A DNA stretch of 64,000 nucleotides from Octopus vulgaris (lineage: Eukaryota). The stretch's first letter is position 1, and each line of letters opens with the position of its first letter. The position numbers and the translations under genes are program-made. Location of the stretch: NCBI GenBank assembly GCA_951406725.2, contig OX597814.1, positions 61,256,001 to 61,320,000 on the forward strand, in the 5' to 3' direction. Below the pieces are notes generated by a model. The model saw nothing but the letters and a program-made list of their open reading frames with translations. It was not told where the DNA came from and made no database searches. Positions 63,530-64,000 of this stretch are shown piece after piece.

Positions 63530-64000
63530 CAAAAATTTACAAAGGGACGTAAGTGTTGTAGTTTGGGAAAGCACATAGCAGACTGCAAAACATTCAAATC
63601 TGGTAGCAGTCGGGCTAATATAGTTATTTGCTGTTTTTCACTTATTCAAAATGAACTGGTTTATGCTCTTATCAATAAATTTTGAGGCAGATAAACAAAT
63701 ATGAGAAGAGTAAACAGAAAACAACTGATGACGGAATAATCATGTGTTTGACATTCCTGCCCTCTCTCTTCCTTCTTCTATGCGTGCGTGTATGTGTGTG
63801 TGTATGCATGCATGCATTCATGTATGTATGTCTATCTATCTAGCTAGCTAGCGTGTATAGTAAAAAAAAAGAAAAAAAAGGTCATTTGCCTGAACATTTG
63901 TTAATCAGGTGGGTCCCAAGATCGTCTATATGCCTGCAAGGCATTTGGGAACATTTGATTATTATATTGTTTATGTAAGGTGGCGAGCTAGCAGAACTAT

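Larger units (their letters stand above)
62950..63760 (-). promoter_or_regulatory. Probable promoter / first-exon region of the GLB1-like gene
   Basis: Unique DNA with visibly more CpG than the CpG-depleted introns, surrounding exon 1; CACGTG at 63417-63422 and TCATGTG at 63740-63746. Confidence 0.45.

Noticed and set aside
63129-63554. Plus-strand acceptor (ttctctcacttttcag) and GTAAGT donor suggesting an antisense exon over exon 1
   Set aside because: Only isolated splice-like motifs with no ORF or other support; needs stranded RNA-seq.

Overview
AT-rich animal genomic DNA, dense in microsatellites, SINEs, LINEs and DNA transposons. The repeat families look like those I know from Octopus (coleoid cephalopod); this is recognition, not a database result. 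Almost the whole window is the 5' part of one minus-strand gene that the ORF track misses: a lysosomal GH35 beta-galactosidase (GLB1-like). I assembled coding exons 1-7 by hand (63506-63444, 44703-44537, 14513-14363, 13569-13506, 8752-8658, 5406-5223, 815-760). All introns are GT-AG with compatible phases, giving 780 nt / 260 aa: [31 protein letters not shown]...[16 protein letters not shown]...[18 protein letters not shown]...-YLKYVDEW...[17 protein letters not shown]...-KNFTKSFAAQRVIEPRGPF. The gene continues beyond the left edge. The introns (up to 30 kb) are mostly transposon debris: RTE, CR1, Tx1/L1, R4/Dong, CRE, Penelope, pogo, mariner/maT, hAT and piggyBac MITEs, and three tRNA-SINE families. 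The most striking observation is an inverted, internally deleted copy of exon 3, including its 5' splice site, about 0.5 kb upstream in intron 2 and fused to a LINE fragment. In the pre-mRNA it can base-pair with the substrate-binding exon like an ADAR editing-complementary sequence. Other points of interest are several long hairpins, a rearranged Penelope element with a tRNA-like head and a hammerhead ribozyme motif, and a uORF overlapping the start codon. TE boundaries are approximate.
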